Part shown: positions 1-10,473 of the stretch, one piece after another | Position numbering within the stretch: the first letter of the stretch is position 1 | How the letters are laid out: each line of letters starts with the position of its first letter | Assembly (NCBI GenBank): GCA_003151625.1 | Contig: PLYC01000013.1 | Location: forward strand, 29,210-93,209 | Source: Candidatus Doudnabacteria bacterium | Lineage (GTDB): Bacteria > Patescibacteriota > Doudnabacteria > UBA920 | Length of the DNA: 64,000 nucleotides | Direction of reading: 5' to 3' | Translations under genes and position numbers: made by a program | Notes under the pieces: generated by a model | The model's database searches: none | Seen by the model: the letters and a program-made list of their open reading frames with translations, nothing else | Told to the model about the DNA's origin: nothing

Positions 1-921
1 TCTTGTATAAATAATCTCATTCGAAATTTTGGAAATCTGCTGTAGAAAGATTGCCTAAGGCTTTGCGGCCGTGTTGAAAAACCGCCGAAACCGCGAACGC
101 CAACTCCGGTTCTGGACCAACCGCGACGGCCGTATGGAACAGTATTTGGAGAAGTCGCGGTGGCGCTTGTTCGGCTAACGCTAAAGCTAGCGCCGTCGTA
201 ACCCAGCGCCGATGGAGTTGCTAAAGTTTGCTGGCTGGTATTGACCATAGTCATAGATTGCGCGCTGGCCTGGGCGATGGTTAAGTTTTGGCCATTTTTT
301 ACCGTTGAACTGGAATTTATTTGTATTGTCCCAAAATTATCCAAAGGAATAAACGCGCCGCTCCCCTGGCTCGGCATTTCTTCTATCCACTCCGCGGAGT
401 TCATTAACGAAACGTAGGGCACAACAGTTTGAAAGTTTTGGCCGTTGGTATTGTTCCTAAGCGTAATTGCCCACTGATTTTGAGATTGTTCGCTAATGGT
501 CGCGGTAATTGAGTCTCCGGGGTTAACGGTAATTGATATCGGCTGCGAAAATCCCGGCAAAGCTTCGTACCAGGCTTGGTAAGATACTGCCGAACCATTG
601 GAATTTGTAATCGCCTGGGTTCCGGTTTGAATTAAATCGCTACTGCCTACCCCACCTATGCCCACCCAAGTGGCGTCACCGGTTAGTGATGAGGTAACAG
701 GAATTTGCGGGATTACCCAACTGCCCGTAACCGTGGTAAATGTTCCGCCCGTAGCCACATAGCCGACCCAGTTATATGAAGAGTTTATCCCAGCTCCGGA
801 ATTAGGCGCAGTAGATTGCGTGGTTTGGGCAAAAGCCGTATTTTGGCTAAGCATTAGCGGGGTTGCCAAAAGCAAGCTTATGATTAAAGCAGCATTTAAA
901 TTTTTTGGTTTAAATTTCATA
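1..921 (-). CDS. secreted protein, partial (open frame continues past window start)
   Basis: Minus-strand ATG at 919-921 with signal-peptide-like N-terminus MKFKPKNLNAALIISLLLATPLMLSQ; frame open to position 1 by manual translation; absent from ORF track because no stop lies inside the window. Confidence 0.4.
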
Positions 922-1089
922 GTTAGGTGAAATCCTTGTACCAGTTTATACGTAACTGGCTAAAAAATTGTTTCACTTTTTTTATGGCTTAAGTTGGAAC
1001 AAAAATTAATTTCAAAGGCTTTCATAAAAAAAACTTTTTTGCTATAATAGCAATCTAAACAATTATTTAAGTATTAAAGGAGAACAACT

Positions 1090-1374
1090 ATGATTGTCAT
1101 ACGTGAAGTGTTTGTTGCCAAACCGGGTATGGCCGGTAAAATGGCAAAAATGATGAAAAGTGTAATGCAGGGAATGCCCAATTTTCAGGGGAGAGTACTT
1201 ACTGATATGACCGGGCAATTTAACCGAGTTGTGCTTGAGACCGAATTAGAAAATCTTTCGGCCTTTGAACAACGAATGAAAGATTACGCCCAAAATGCGA
1301 GTTTGCGAGAAAAAATGTCCGGCTATGCCGAAATGTACAAAACCGGCAAGCGCGAGATTTTTCAAATTATATAG
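1090..1374 (+). CDS. small hypothetical protein (94 aa)
   Basis: ORF with RBS AAGGAG 8 nt upstream and TGCTATAAT extended -10 at 1040-1048. Confidence 0.5.
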   Translation: MIVIREVFVAKPGMAGKMAKMMKSVMQGMPNFQGRVLTDMTGQFNRVVLETELENLSAFEQRMKDYAQNASLREKMSGYAEMYKTGKREIFQII

Positions 1375-1535
1375 GTTTCTCAACCAAAAAATCGTCCATG
1401 GAAATTTGGGCGGTTTTTTGGTATAATGGATCAAACCCGCCAAAATTTTGCGTCGGCTGGTTTTTAAATCTTGTTATTGAATTAGTTCGAATATTTATAT
1501 TTGCCCATTGGTTTGGGCAAAATTTAGGCGGGTAA

Positions 1536-2021
1536 ATGAAGCTTAAGGAAAAATATTGGCACGAATTTTTTGTAATAAGCATTTGTATTAAAACCCTAAC
1601 CGGCTTGGTGGAGACGGTTAGCGGGTTTTTACTTTTATGGATGAGCCCGGCCGCTTTGACTTTAGTGTTAAACAGATTTTCCCGTGGAGAGCAGATGGAA
1701 GATCCGCAGGACTTTTTTTTAATTTACGCGCATCAATATCTGCAGCATTTGACTTCAGGAACAAAAGTTTTTGCCGGTTTATACATTTTATCGCACGGAC
1801 TTATAAATTTGGTTCTGGTCGCCGGGTTAATTAAAGAAAAAACCTGGGCTTATTTGGTGGCCATTGGGGTTTTAATTTCCTTTATGACTTATCAGATTTT
1901 TAGGGTTGCTATGAATCATTCTTTGCCACTCGCGGTGTTAACTGTATTTGACGCATTTTTCGTGGTGATTATTTGGCACGAGTATAATTATTTAACCTCA
2001 AAATTGGCAAACTCTAAGTAG
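1536..2021 (+). CDS. membrane protein, DUF2127-like
   Basis: Four predicted TM segments; TGGTATAAT -10 at 1417-1425. Confidence 0.45.
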   Translation: MKLKEKYWHEFFVISICIKTLTGLVETVSGFLLLWMSPAALTLVLNRFSRGEQMEDPQDFFLIYAHQYLQHLTSGTKVFAGLYILSHGLINLVLVAGLIKEKTWAYLVAIGVLISFMTYQIFRVAMNHSLPLAVLTVFDAFFVVIIWHEYNYLTSKLANSK

Positions 2022-2119
2022 TTTTTATACAATGGTGCCCATTGTATCGAGTTACGCCATCGCCACAAATCAAAATTTTTGGTATAATCTTTAAGTATTA
2101 ATACATTAAGAAAAAAATA

Positions 2120-3370
2120 ATGCACAAAGTTAAAGACATAAAATTGGCGCCACAGGGCAAGCTTAAAATTGCCTGGGCCGAAGGAGAAATGCCGGTACTG
2201 GAAATTATAAAAAAAGAATTTGCCAAAACCAAACCGTTTAAAGAGTTGACTCTGGCTGCGTGTTTGCACGTAACCAAAGAGACCGCCGTGCTTATGAAAG
2301 TTTTGGCGGCCGGAGGAGCTAAGATCGCTTTGTGCGGCAGTAATCCCCTTTCCACCCAAGACGACGTGGCCGCGGCTTTGGTTTCCGAGGGCATAAATGT
2401 TTTTGCCTGGAAGCATATTTCCAACGCCGACTATTACAAATGTTTAAACCAGCTTTTGGATTTTAAACCCCAGCTTACAATTGATGATGGCGCGGATGTA
2501 ATTTCGCTTATCCATTCCGACCGCCCCGAGCAGTTAAAAACCGTTTGGGCCGGCCAGGAAGAGACCACTACCGGAGTTATCCGCCTAAAAGCCATGGCTA
2601 AAGATGGTGCGCTGAAGTATCCGGTTGTGGCGGTAAACGACACGCCGACCAAACATATGTTCGACAACTATTACGGCACTGGGCAGTCAACCTTGGACGC
2701 GCTGATGAGAGTTTCCAATATTTTACTGCCAGGCAAGTGCGTGGTGGTTGTAGGCTACGGTTATTGCGGCAAAGGCATAGCGCTAAGGGCACGCGGCCTT
2801 GGAGCCAGGGTGATTGTGACGGAAGTTGATTCCCTGCCCGGACTTCAGGCCGTTATGGACGGTTTCGAGGTAATGCCTATGAACCGCGCGGCTAGAATCG
2901 GCGACGTATTTTTAACCGCAACAGGAGATAAGGACGTTATAACCGTCCAGCACCTTAAACTGATGAAGAATGGGGTAATTTTAGGCAATAGCGGTCACTT
3001 TAACGTGGAAATCAATGTGCCGGATTTGGAAAAGCTGTCTTCCACAAAAAGGATTATGCGCGATGAATTGGTGGAATATAAGCTCAAAGATGGACGCCGC
3101 ATACATTTAATCGCTGAAGGCCGTCTTATGAATCTTGCCGCGGCCGAGGGGCATCCTTCTTCGGTAATGGATTTGTCGTTTGCGGATCAGGCCTTAACAG
3201 CGGTTTGGCTGGTCAAAAATCACAAAAATCTTTCGGCTAAAGTTTATGATGTTCCAGCTGAAATTGATGAGCGCGTGGCCAAATTAAAATTGGCCTCTAT
3301 GGGCGTGAAAATTGACACGCTTACTCCGGAGCAGAAAAAGTATCTGTCTTCATGGCAGGAAGGAACTTAG
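2120..3370 (+). CDS. ahcY: adenosylhomocysteinase (S-adenosyl-L-homocysteine hydrolase)
   Basis: 416 aa; motifs HVTKETAVL, GSNPLSTQDD and NAD-binding GYGYCGKG; full-length family architecture. Confidence 0.95.
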   Translation: MHKVKDIKLAPQGKLKIAWAEGEMPVLEIIKKEFAKTKPFKELTLAACLHVTKETAVLMKVLAAGGAKIALCGSNPLSTQDDVAAALVSEGINVFAWKHISNADYYKCLNQLLDFKPQLTIDDGADVISLIHSDRPEQLKTVWAGQEETTTGVIRLKAMAKDGALKYPVVAVNDTPTKHMFDNYYGTGQSTLDALMRVSNILLPGKCVVVVGYGYCGKGIALRARGLGARVIVTEVDSLPGLQAVMDGFEVMPMNRAARIGDVFLTATGDKDVITVQHLKLMKNGVILGNSGHFNVEINVPDLEKLSSTKRIMRDELVEYKLKDGRRIHLIAEGRLMNLAAAEGHPSSVMDLSFADQALTAVWLVKNHKNLSAKVYDVPAEIDERVAKLKLASMGVKIDTLTPEQKKYLSSWQEGT

Positions 3371-3638
3371 AATAGCTGATGTTATTTAAACTCCAAGCTG
3401 TGTCATCCCGACCGACCGAATGCATCTGCCTTTCGACTGGGCTCAAGGTACCCTGAGCGAAGCCGAATGGGTGAAGGAGCGGAGGAGCCCCTTAACGATT
3501 GTAATTCATCAAATTGTAAAAGTTAAGGGATTCCTCGACTCGCAAAAGTGCTTAGATAATTCTATTCGCTCGGAATGACAAACAATTGTTAATAATAAAT
3601 TATAGAATGATAAAGATCATCTGATTTTTTAAACAAAG

Positions 3639-4079
3639 ATGCATTGTTACAAAGCAGTCCTAATTAACTGTATGGACCCGCGCCTGCAGGGCGAAAACGA
3701 AATTAAAATTGCCACTGCCGCCGGCTTAAAGCAGGGCGAATACGAGGTGCTGGATTATGCCAGTCCCTCGCTTTGGATGACCAATCCGCACCAGCCCAGC
3801 CACACCGAAACCTTTTGGTGGGAGTTTGAAAATGTTTCCCTTCATGTGCACCATATTTCCAGCGTTGTTATAGTCGGTCACAGCAATTGCGGTGGCTTTG
3901 CATTAAAAGGCACGCCCCAAGAACCCGAAGCCGAAAAAGCCGCCATCGTCCAATCCCTAAAATCCGCGGCAGTTGTAATTAAGCAAAAATATCCCCATCT
4001 GGAAATCAAGCTGTTATTCGTAACTATCGGCCCGGAGCCTGAAGACGGCCTTCCCGAGATAAATCCGGAAATAATTTAG
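3639..4079 (+). CDS. beta-class carbonic anhydrase-like protein
   Basis: CMDPRL (CxDxR) and HSNCGG (HxxCG) zinc-ligand motifs typical of beta-CA; short (146 aa), so divergent. Confidence 0.55.
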   Translation: MHCYKAVLINCMDPRLQGENEIKIATAAGLKQGEYEVLDYASPSLWMTNPHQPSHTETFWWEFENVSLHVHHISSVVIVGHSNCGGFALKGTPQEPEAEKAAIVQSLKSAAVVIKQKYPHLEIKLLFVTIGPEPEDGLPEINPEII

Positions 4080-4128
4080 TCTTGTTAGCCTTCGAGTTCA
4101 CCACGCTTCGCGTGGCTTCACACAGCAC

Positions 4129-4166
4129 AAAAAATCCCAAAGCTTGAAAGCTTTGGGATTTTTTGG
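4129..4166 (+). terminator. rho-independent terminator
   Basis: ATCCCAAAGC...GCTTTGGGAT stem followed by TTTTT. Confidence 0.6.
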
Positions 4167-4328
4167 TGGGCACTGTTTGACAAAGTTGGAATCGAAATAA
4201 TGCAATTGGGGCCGCCGTTCTTGCTAAATGAAGAGCGCACATCGTTGCCGGTTAGGGCGAACGTGTGCGCTCGGTTGTGCCGTTAGGCATGACTTGGTGG
4301 GTTGTGGCCGGCTCTCGCGCTCGGCCGT

Positions 4329-4541
4329 TTAGCTGGCGCATATGGCGTGGAAAGTGCGGACGAACGCCCAGCCGAAGCATGAGCTGACCGCCAGCACGGC
4401 CATCCACGCAGGTAGCGTGGCGCGCTTTTCCCGTGGGATAAACCAGCAACAGGTTTTCATCCCCATGAGAAGCGAAATGACAACTAGAAACGCAATCGCG
4501 ATTGCGGCGTCGACAGAGTTAACAGCGTTGATGAGGTGCAT
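4329..4541 (-). CDS. small membrane protein (GC-rich insert)
   Basis: 70-aa ORF with two hydrophobic helices; lies in a GC-rich segment 4170-4860. Confidence 0.3.
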   Translation of the reverse strand: MHLINAVNSVDAAIAIAFLVVISLLMGMKTCCWFIPREKRATLPAWMAVLAVSSCFGWAFVRTFHAICAS

Positions 4542-4551
4542 GTTTTCCTTT

Positions 4552-4854
4552 CTACTTCAGGTATGTGTAAGTCAGCCAGCTATGGACTGACACTTGGTCG
4601 TTGCCGGTGGACTCGGAGATGATGCGGTCAATCTCTTTCCGCATGATTTCCAGAACTCTCTCGTGGGGGTAGTGAGCGCGGAGTAAAGCGTAGGCTCCAA
4701 ACAGCCGGTCTTGAAGCTCTTCGGGAGTTGGGTAGCCTATAAGCGTGATTAGCGTGTTGGGCGGCTGAAGGTTCAGCAAATCGTCAACTATCTTTTGCAG
4801 ACCGGTTGACACATTTAACTGAATTTTCTCCCAAGTCGTTTGCGTATTGACCAT
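4552..4854 (-). CDS. hypothetical protein (GC-rich insert)
   Basis: 100-aa ORF; local GC far above background. Confidence 0.4.
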   Translation of the reverse strand: MVNTQTTWEKIQLNVSTGLQKIVDDLLNLQPPNTLITLIGYPTPEELQDRLFGAYALLRAHYPHERVLEIMRKEIDRIISESTGNDQVSVHSWLTYTYLK

Positions 4855-5121
4855 TCGACCTCCGTTTTGTCCCTAACTTCAGGACACTCAATACTATCAG
4901 GAAAATACAGAAAAGTCCAACGCACCAAACTCAAATTTGGCTTTTCCCTTTATTTGGAGCATAATTTAGTTATGCGGCCAAATATTGGACAAATAAAAAA
5001 TGAATTGGACGAGCTTTTTAAAGCCGTTTTAGAGAAACCGGCTGGTCTTGATTTTTGAAAACTATTTTTACCTTGAATCAAAATCCGCTGCTTAATTAGT
5101 AACGGATTTTGTTAAATGGGA

Positions 5122-5424
5122 TTATTGAATTAAAAAATTTTTGAGCATTTGTCTTAGAACGGTTTTGCCTTTGGTAGTTTTAAAATATCGTTCACGTTTT
5201 AATGCATCAAATTTATTTGGAAAAGCTTCGTAAAAAACTAGCTCCAAAGGTCTACGATTCTTTGTTGATAAGTTTTTCCCTGAATTATGATCTTTAACCC
5301 TTTGCCTCAAATCTTCTGAGTAACCAATATAAAACAGCCCATCTTTAAGGCTGCGGAGTACGTATACATAATGGAATTTTATTGGCATTTTTTTTGTTTT
5401 AGAGAGATTCTGGCCCTGAACCAC
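5122..5424 (-). CDS. GIY-YIG nuclease family protein
   Basis: HYVYVLRSLKDGLFYIGYSEDLRQRVKDHN matches GIY-(x10)-YIG and the downstream R/H/N motif; likely start is the internal MPIKF. Confidence 0.8.
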   Translation of the reverse strand: MVQGQNLSKTKKMPIKFHYVYVLRSLKDGLFYIGYSEDLRQRVKDHNSGKNLSTKNRRPLELVFYEAFPNKFDALKRERYFKTTKGKTVLRQMLKNFLIQ

Positions 5425-5549
5425 TCAGGCCTAAAGGCCTTCGGGTACAGGGCATGAACCAGTCGCACATACGACGACGCTCACATTAGACTTTTTCTAG
5501 ATCGTGGCAGCGCCATGAACCGGAGCGAATCTGATGAGCGACTGGTTCA

Positions 5550-5637
5550 TGGTGGGCAGGATAGGATTCGAACCTATGAAGACGTAAAGTCAACTGATTT
5601 ACAGTCAGTCCCCGTTGACCGCTTGGGTACCTGCCCA
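5550..5637 (-). tRNA. tRNA-Tyr (anticodon GTA), type II with long variable arm
   Basis: Reverse complement reads GGGCAGG...CCTGCCCACCA; 7-bp acceptor stem; anticodon loop CTGTAAA; TTCGAATCC T-loop; long variable arm; encoded CCA. Confidence 0.85.
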
Positions 5638-5832
5638 GACATTTATTTGTTTGACTTTAGATATTTTATCAGCTTTTTAGGATTTTAACAAGGAGCGGGA
5701 GCGTTTTTTGTAGTGCGCTGATTTATCGGCAATGTAGTTGCTCGATTCATCGAGCCTTTGAGCCTGATAAATCAGACAGCTACATTTAGAGTAATCATCG
5801 TTTGCTCGTGAACGGGAATGCCACAATATCCA

Positions 5833-7680
5833 TCAAGCCTTTTCAAAGTTAACCCGAAGTGCGTTTAGGATTACGGCTACGTCCAGGAGTTCCTGGAGCA
5901 GGGCGCCATAAATAGGCTGAATGTAGCCGAGCGCGGCAATTATCATTAAGATAATGCTTACGCCAATGCCAATGAGTATGCTTTGTTTGGCAATTCTTAT
6001 GGTCCTTTTGGCAATTTTTAAGGCCATGCCGACGCGGGAGAGGTCGTCTTTGGTAATTACGATATCGGCGGATTCCGATGACGCGGTACTGCCGTGCCCG
6101 CCAATGGCGATGCTGACATCGGCCACGGCCAGAGCCGGCGCGTCGTTGACCCCATCCCCTACCATACAGACCGAACCGAATTCTTTTTTATGCTCTCGCA
6201 CTTCGTTGACCTTATCTGCCGGCAAACATTCTGCGTGGATGTCCGTAAGTCCCAATTGCCCGGCAATAATATCGGCCACATTTTTTTTGTCCCCCGTAAG
6301 CATAACTATTTTATCCAACCCCATTGTCTTCATTTCCGCAAACAGAGTTTTTATTTCCGGCCTGACGACATCGGAAAAAATTATCGCGCCAAGCAGCAGG
6401 TTTCCACTTCCCAAATAGACGGCAATTTTTCCCTGTTTTTGGATTTCTCCATGCTCGAAAATCCTCTGTTCGTTAAACACAACTCCCTGGTTTTGTAAAA
6501 AAGCAAGTTTGCCGAAAATATATTTTTGGCCGTTAATTTTACCCATAACTCCGTCGCCAAAAGTTTCTTCAAAATCCGTTGGGTATTCCAGCTTGACGTT
6601 TTTTTTGCCGGCTAAAATTCGCAGGGAGCGGGCTAAAATATGGGCGGAAAGTTGGTCTAAAGAAGCGGCCAATTCAAGGATTTTATCGTTTTTAAAAGCG
6701 GATTCAAAAGCTTTAACCTCGGACACCTCCGGGGTTCCAAGAGTTAATGTGCCGGTTTTATCAAAAATAAATGCCCTAACTTCGGCCAGCTTTTCCAGAG
6801 CGCCGCCGCTTTTAACAATAATTCCGCGGCTGGCCGAACGGCTGACACCGGACATAATAGCAATGGGCGTGGCCAGTATTAATGGGCACGGAGTAGCTAC
6901 AACCAAAACGGCTAAAAGACGGATTGGGTCATGAGCCAATTGCCAGGCGGCCGCGGCTAAAAGAAACGTTACGGCCGTAAACCAGACACTGTAGCGGTCG
7001 GCTAAGCGTACCACTGGCGCGCGGCTTTCACTGGCCTGCTTAACCAATTGGATGATTTTTTCGTAAGTGCTTTCTTTGCTGGTCCTTATGGCTTTTATTT
7101 CCAGAGCGCCGTCTTGGCTTACGCTGCCGCTGTAAATTTGCCTGCCCGGCCGTTTTTGTGAAGGGAGAGGCTCGCCGGTAATTGCCGATTCATCCACATT
7201 ACCGGTGCCCAATACCACAAGTCCGTCGGCCGGCACAACCTCGCCGGGTTTTACCACAAAAACATCTCCAGGCTTAAGTTCTGACGCCGGGATATCTTTT
7301 AAATTACCGCTGGTTTTTAAATGTGCCAGGCTTGGCAAATGAGAAAGCAACGCCGTTAATTCGCGGCGTGCCCTTTGTAGCGCGTAAATTTCGAGCCCCT
7401 CGCCCCCGGACAACATTAATAAAATTACCGCTCCGGCCAAATATTGTTTCAAAAAAAATGACGCCAGAATTGCCGTAATAGCAATTACATCAACGCCATA
7501 GTGCCCGGCAAATATATCTTTAAACATCCGATAGAACAGAGGTATGGTGCCTAAAATTAGAATAACTTTTAGCGTGGTTTCGGCAAAAATCAAAAATCCT
7601 GCTAAGTAAAAAATTAAAGATAAAAGTAGCCCAGTCAACACGGAAAATGGAATTAAATAATGCTGGGATTTATCGTTCAT
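5833..7680 (-). CDS. heavy-metal translocating P1B-type ATPase
   Basis: DKTGTLT phosphorylation motif, TPCPL (CPx) in a TM helix, GDGVNDAPAL; no N-terminal metal-binding domain. Confidence 0.9.
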   Translation of the reverse strand: MNDKSQHYLIPFSVLTGLLLSLIFYLAGFLIFAETTLKVILILGTIPLFYRMFKDIFAGHYGVDVIAITAILASFFLKQYLAGAVILLMLSGGEGLEIYALQRARRELTALLSHLPSLAHLKTSGNLKDIPASELKPGDVFVVKPGEVVPADGLVVLGTGNVDESAITGEPLPSQKRPGRQIYSGSVSQDGALEIKAIRTSKESTYEKIIQLVKQASESRAPVVRLADRYSVWFTAVTFLLAAAAWQLAHDPIRLLAVLVVATPCPLILATPIAIMSGVSRSASRGIIVKSGGALEKLAEVRAFIFDKTGTLTLGTPEVSEVKAFESAFKNDKILELAASLDQLSAHILARSLRILAGKKNVKLEYPTDFEETFGDGVMGKINGQKYIFGKLAFLQNQGVVFNEQRIFEHGEIQKQGKIAVYLGSGNLLLGAIIFSDVVRPEIKTLFAEMKTMGLDKIVMLTGDKKNVADIIAGQLGLTDIHAECLPADKVNEVREHKKEFGSVCMVGDGVNDAPALAVADVSIAIGGHGSTASSESADIVITKDDLSRVGMALKIAKRTIRIAKQSILIGIGVSIILMIIAALGYIQPIYGALLQELLDVAVILNALRVNFEKA

Positions 7681-7832
7681 TATTATATTTTAGCACAATT
7701 ATTAACTATAAAAAAACCGCTTCCGAAGCGATTTGTAATAGACACGTGTCTTATATAGCCAACTGATATTTAAGCATCTGATGTCAATTATCTAATGCCT
7801 TACTATTGGCAGAAGGTTCCCGTCGGACTATG

Positions 7833-8480
7833 TTATTTATGATGGAAAAAGAACTCATAATCTTTTTTAAAAAAGTATTTTGCCATGTTAAAAATCCCGT
7901 AGGTAATAAAAAAGGCGGAAAAGACGTCTATGGAATAATGCAAATGTCCGAGTAAAACGGCTCCGCCAAAAAATACCGAAGCAGCCAGGAACAGCACCCG
8001 TAAATATTTATTATTCCAAAAAATTAATGCCATTAAAAATGGAAATCCGGTGTGGCCGGAAAAAAACAAATCATCTCCCGATCCGGAAAGGAGTTTTTCA
8101 AAAAAGCTGACCGAATTTACATTAATTGTATGGAGCGGCGGCGCCAGGTGCGTGAGTGTAATAAAAATGGCTCGGGTAAAAATAAATAAAGCGGAAGCTT
8201 TAAGAACAAAAGGAATGCGGCTGGGCTTGTGGAGACATAAAATAACCACCAGGCCGATAAAAATCATAAAGCCTTCCAGAAAGATAACGCCGACATTTTT
8301 TGAAGGGATATTGTCCAAAATAATGTCGCTGACATAGTTGCTGTAATGGATGGCTGTGTATTTTTGCGCAAAGTAGTTAAAAAACAGGCTGATGAAAAAT
8401 AAAAAAATCCCTGTAACTAATTGCAGGTAAAAAACTTTGTGGGATTTTAGCGACACATACCTTTCGAATGTTTTGTTCAT
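7833..8480 (-). CDS. PAP2-superfamily membrane protein
   Basis: Multi-TM protein with SGHTGFPF (PSGH-like) and HYSIDV (SRx5Hx3D-like) motifs. Confidence 0.5.
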   Translation of the reverse strand: MNKTFERYVSLKSHKVFYLQLVTGIFLFFISLFFNYFAQKYTAIHYSNYVSDIILDNIPSKNVGVIFLEGFMIFIGLVVILCLHKPSRIPFVLKASALFIFTRAIFITLTHLAPPLHTINVNSVSFFEKLLSGSGDDLFFSGHTGFPFLMALIFWNNKYLRVLFLAASVFFGGAVLLGHLHYSIDVFSAFFITYGIFNMAKYFFKKDYEFFFHHK

Positions 8481-8577
8481 TTTGTGGGAATGATTGTCTC
8501 TACATTATAGCATAAAATATAGCATAAAACAATATCCCGCCTCAAATAAGAGGCGGGACATTACAACTGTTTTTCCT

Positions 8578-9021
8578 TTATTGTCCGGGTATTCCGGGTG
8601 GTGTTCCGGGTGGTGTGGAGCTTGCGGTTCTGATTTGCACGTTTTGGGCTGTTAAGCTGCCGTCTGAGTTTGCACTGCCGGTAACAACTATTTGATTGCC
8701 CACTATTATGTCGTCGGCGGTTCCCCCGACAGTTTTGTTAATGCTGGTTGAGCCGGAGTATAAAACAATCTTTGAGCTGCCGTTTTGCATTTTTACGGTA
8801 AAGCTCTGGGCGTCCTTACTCAATACTACGCCGTTAATAAATTGGCTGCCTGCTGCCGCTCCTGCGCGTCCGGCCCCCCCAAAGGCCTGGCCTCTTTGCC
8901 CGGCCGCTCCAGCCGCCCTAACAGGTGTTTTGCTTTGCGCGTACTTCATTCCGCCAAAAAATCCACCCCCGGCAAAAACTATTGCCACAACTACTAATGT
9001 AACCCATTGTTTGGTGTTCAT
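8578..9021 (-). CDS. secreted Gly/Ala-rich protein
   Basis: N-terminal TM/signal peptide; low-complexity G/A stretch; last gene of the efflux operon. Confidence 0.5.
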   Translation of the reverse strand: MNTKQWVTLVVVAIVFAGGGFFGGMKYAQSKTPVRAAGAAGQRGQAFGGAGRAGAAAGSQFINGVVLSKDAQSFTVKMQNGSSKIVLYSGSTSINKTVGGTADDIIVGNQIVVTGSANSDGSLTAQNVQIRTASSTPPGTPPGIPGQ

Positions 9022-9205
9022 ATTCTTTTAGTTAATTATTTGCTTAAACCAAATTAGTTATAAATTCGAAGCACGAAATCCGAAATCCGAAACGAATTCA
9101 AATATCAAAATTTTAAATTCAAATCCCCCAGATGTTCCTGTTTAGATATTAAATATTCAAGTTTTGATATTGTTTCGGCTTTCGATATTCGATATTCGAA
9201 TTTTA

Positions 9206-10462
9206 TTATTCATACCTCAAAGCTTCTATCGGGTTTAATTTTGACGCCCTGACAGCGGGATAATAGCCGAATAAAATACCAATCCCGGCCGAAACTCCAA
9301 AAGCAAGAAGAATAGAATTTACCGAAACCTGCGTGGTAATTGCAAAAAATCTGGTAACCCCCCATGAAACCAGCCAGCCCAGCATGATGCCAATTATCCC
9401 TCCCAGTACGGTCAAGACAACAGCCTCGGCCAAAAATTGCGTGGTAATATCTGTCCTTTGCGCGCCAATGGCTTTGCGGAGCCCGATTTCGCGCGTGCGT
9501 TCGGTTACTGTGGTAAGCATCATGTTCATAATCCCAATCCCGCCAACAACCAAAGAAATTCCGGCGACTGCGGCAAGAAGCGCGGTAAAGGTGCCGGTGA
9601 CAGAGGAAGCGGTGGAAGCGATGTCTGCCTGATTGATAATATTAAAATCGGCTTTGGTGGGATCGGTTATTTTGTGGCGTGCCAACAAAGCGTTGGTAAC
9701 TTCCGTTGTTACCGTGTCCATAACGCCTTGGCTGGCTGCTTCAATGGAAATGCTGCCGACATAAACGCTCCCTGTTATAAATTGTTGCGCCGTGGAAAGT
9801 GGAATGTAAATATTGTTGTCGGTGTTGCCAAACCCGCTTCCGCCTTTGCTGGCGGTAATCCCGATAATCGTAAATGGCAGGCCGTTAATCCTAATGTTTT
9901 GCCCAATAACGGTACTGGTAGCAGTGCCGTTAAATAAATCCCCCTGCACAGTAGGGCCGATTACCGCGACTTTGGCAAAGCCGGAAACCTGGGAATCGGT
10001 AAACCACAAGCCCTGGTCAACGCTCATATTGTGGACTTCCGGGTAAGCCGAGACGGCGCCAATGACGCTGGTGTTGGTGTTACTGGTGCTGGAAACAATT
10101 TGCTCGCGGTTGGTTGATTCCGGAGAAACCGCCTTTACTCCGGAAAGGGAAGTTAAGGAGGTCGCATCGTCTTTGGTTAAGGTTTGGGCATTGCCCCTTC
10201 CGGCATTAACAGTTGAGCCAAAAGTTCTGGGCGCTCCGGGCTGTACGGTTAACAAGTTGGCTCCCAGCGATGAAATACGGGCTTCTATGGAGCTTTGAGC
10301 GCCTGTACCAATGGCAACCATGGCAATAACCGAGGCAATACCAATAATAATTCCGAGCATGGTTAAGCCGGATCTGGTTTTGTTGGAAGAAACAGCGGAA
10401 AAAGTTTCCTCAATTAAATCCACTACTTTTATGGTTGTTTTTGGTATGGATGTTTCAGCCAT
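9206..10462 (-). CDS. ABC transporter permease, FtsX/MacB family
   Basis: 418 aa; N-terminal TM, large extracytoplasmic domain, C-terminal 3-TM FtsX region; adjacent to ABC ATPase. Confidence 0.85.
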   Translation of the reverse strand: MAETSIPKTTIKVVDLIEETFSAVSSNKTRSGLTMLGIIIGIASVIAMVAIGTGAQSSIEARISSLGANLLTVQPGAPRTFGSTVNAGRGNAQTLTKDDATSLTSLSGVKAVSPESTNREQIVSSTSNTNTSVIGAVSAYPEVHNMSVDQGLWFTDSQVSGFAKVAVIGPTVQGDLFNGTATSTVIGQNIRINGLPFTIIGITASKGGSGFGNTDNNIYIPLSTAQQFITGSVYVGSISIEAASQGVMDTVTTEVTNALLARHKITDPTKADFNIINQADIASTASSVTGTFTALLAAVAGISLVVGGIGIMNMMLTTVTERTREIGLRKAIGAQRTDITTQFLAEAVVLTVLGGIIGIMLGWLVSWGVTRFFAITTQVSVNSILLAFGVSAGIGILFGYYPAVRASKLNPIEALRYE

Positions 10463-10473
10463 AGGATAAAAAG

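Noticed and set aside
5954-6934. Plus-strand ORFs antisense within the P-type ATPase gene
   Set aside because: They are embedded in a well-supported 615-aa gene on the opposite strand.
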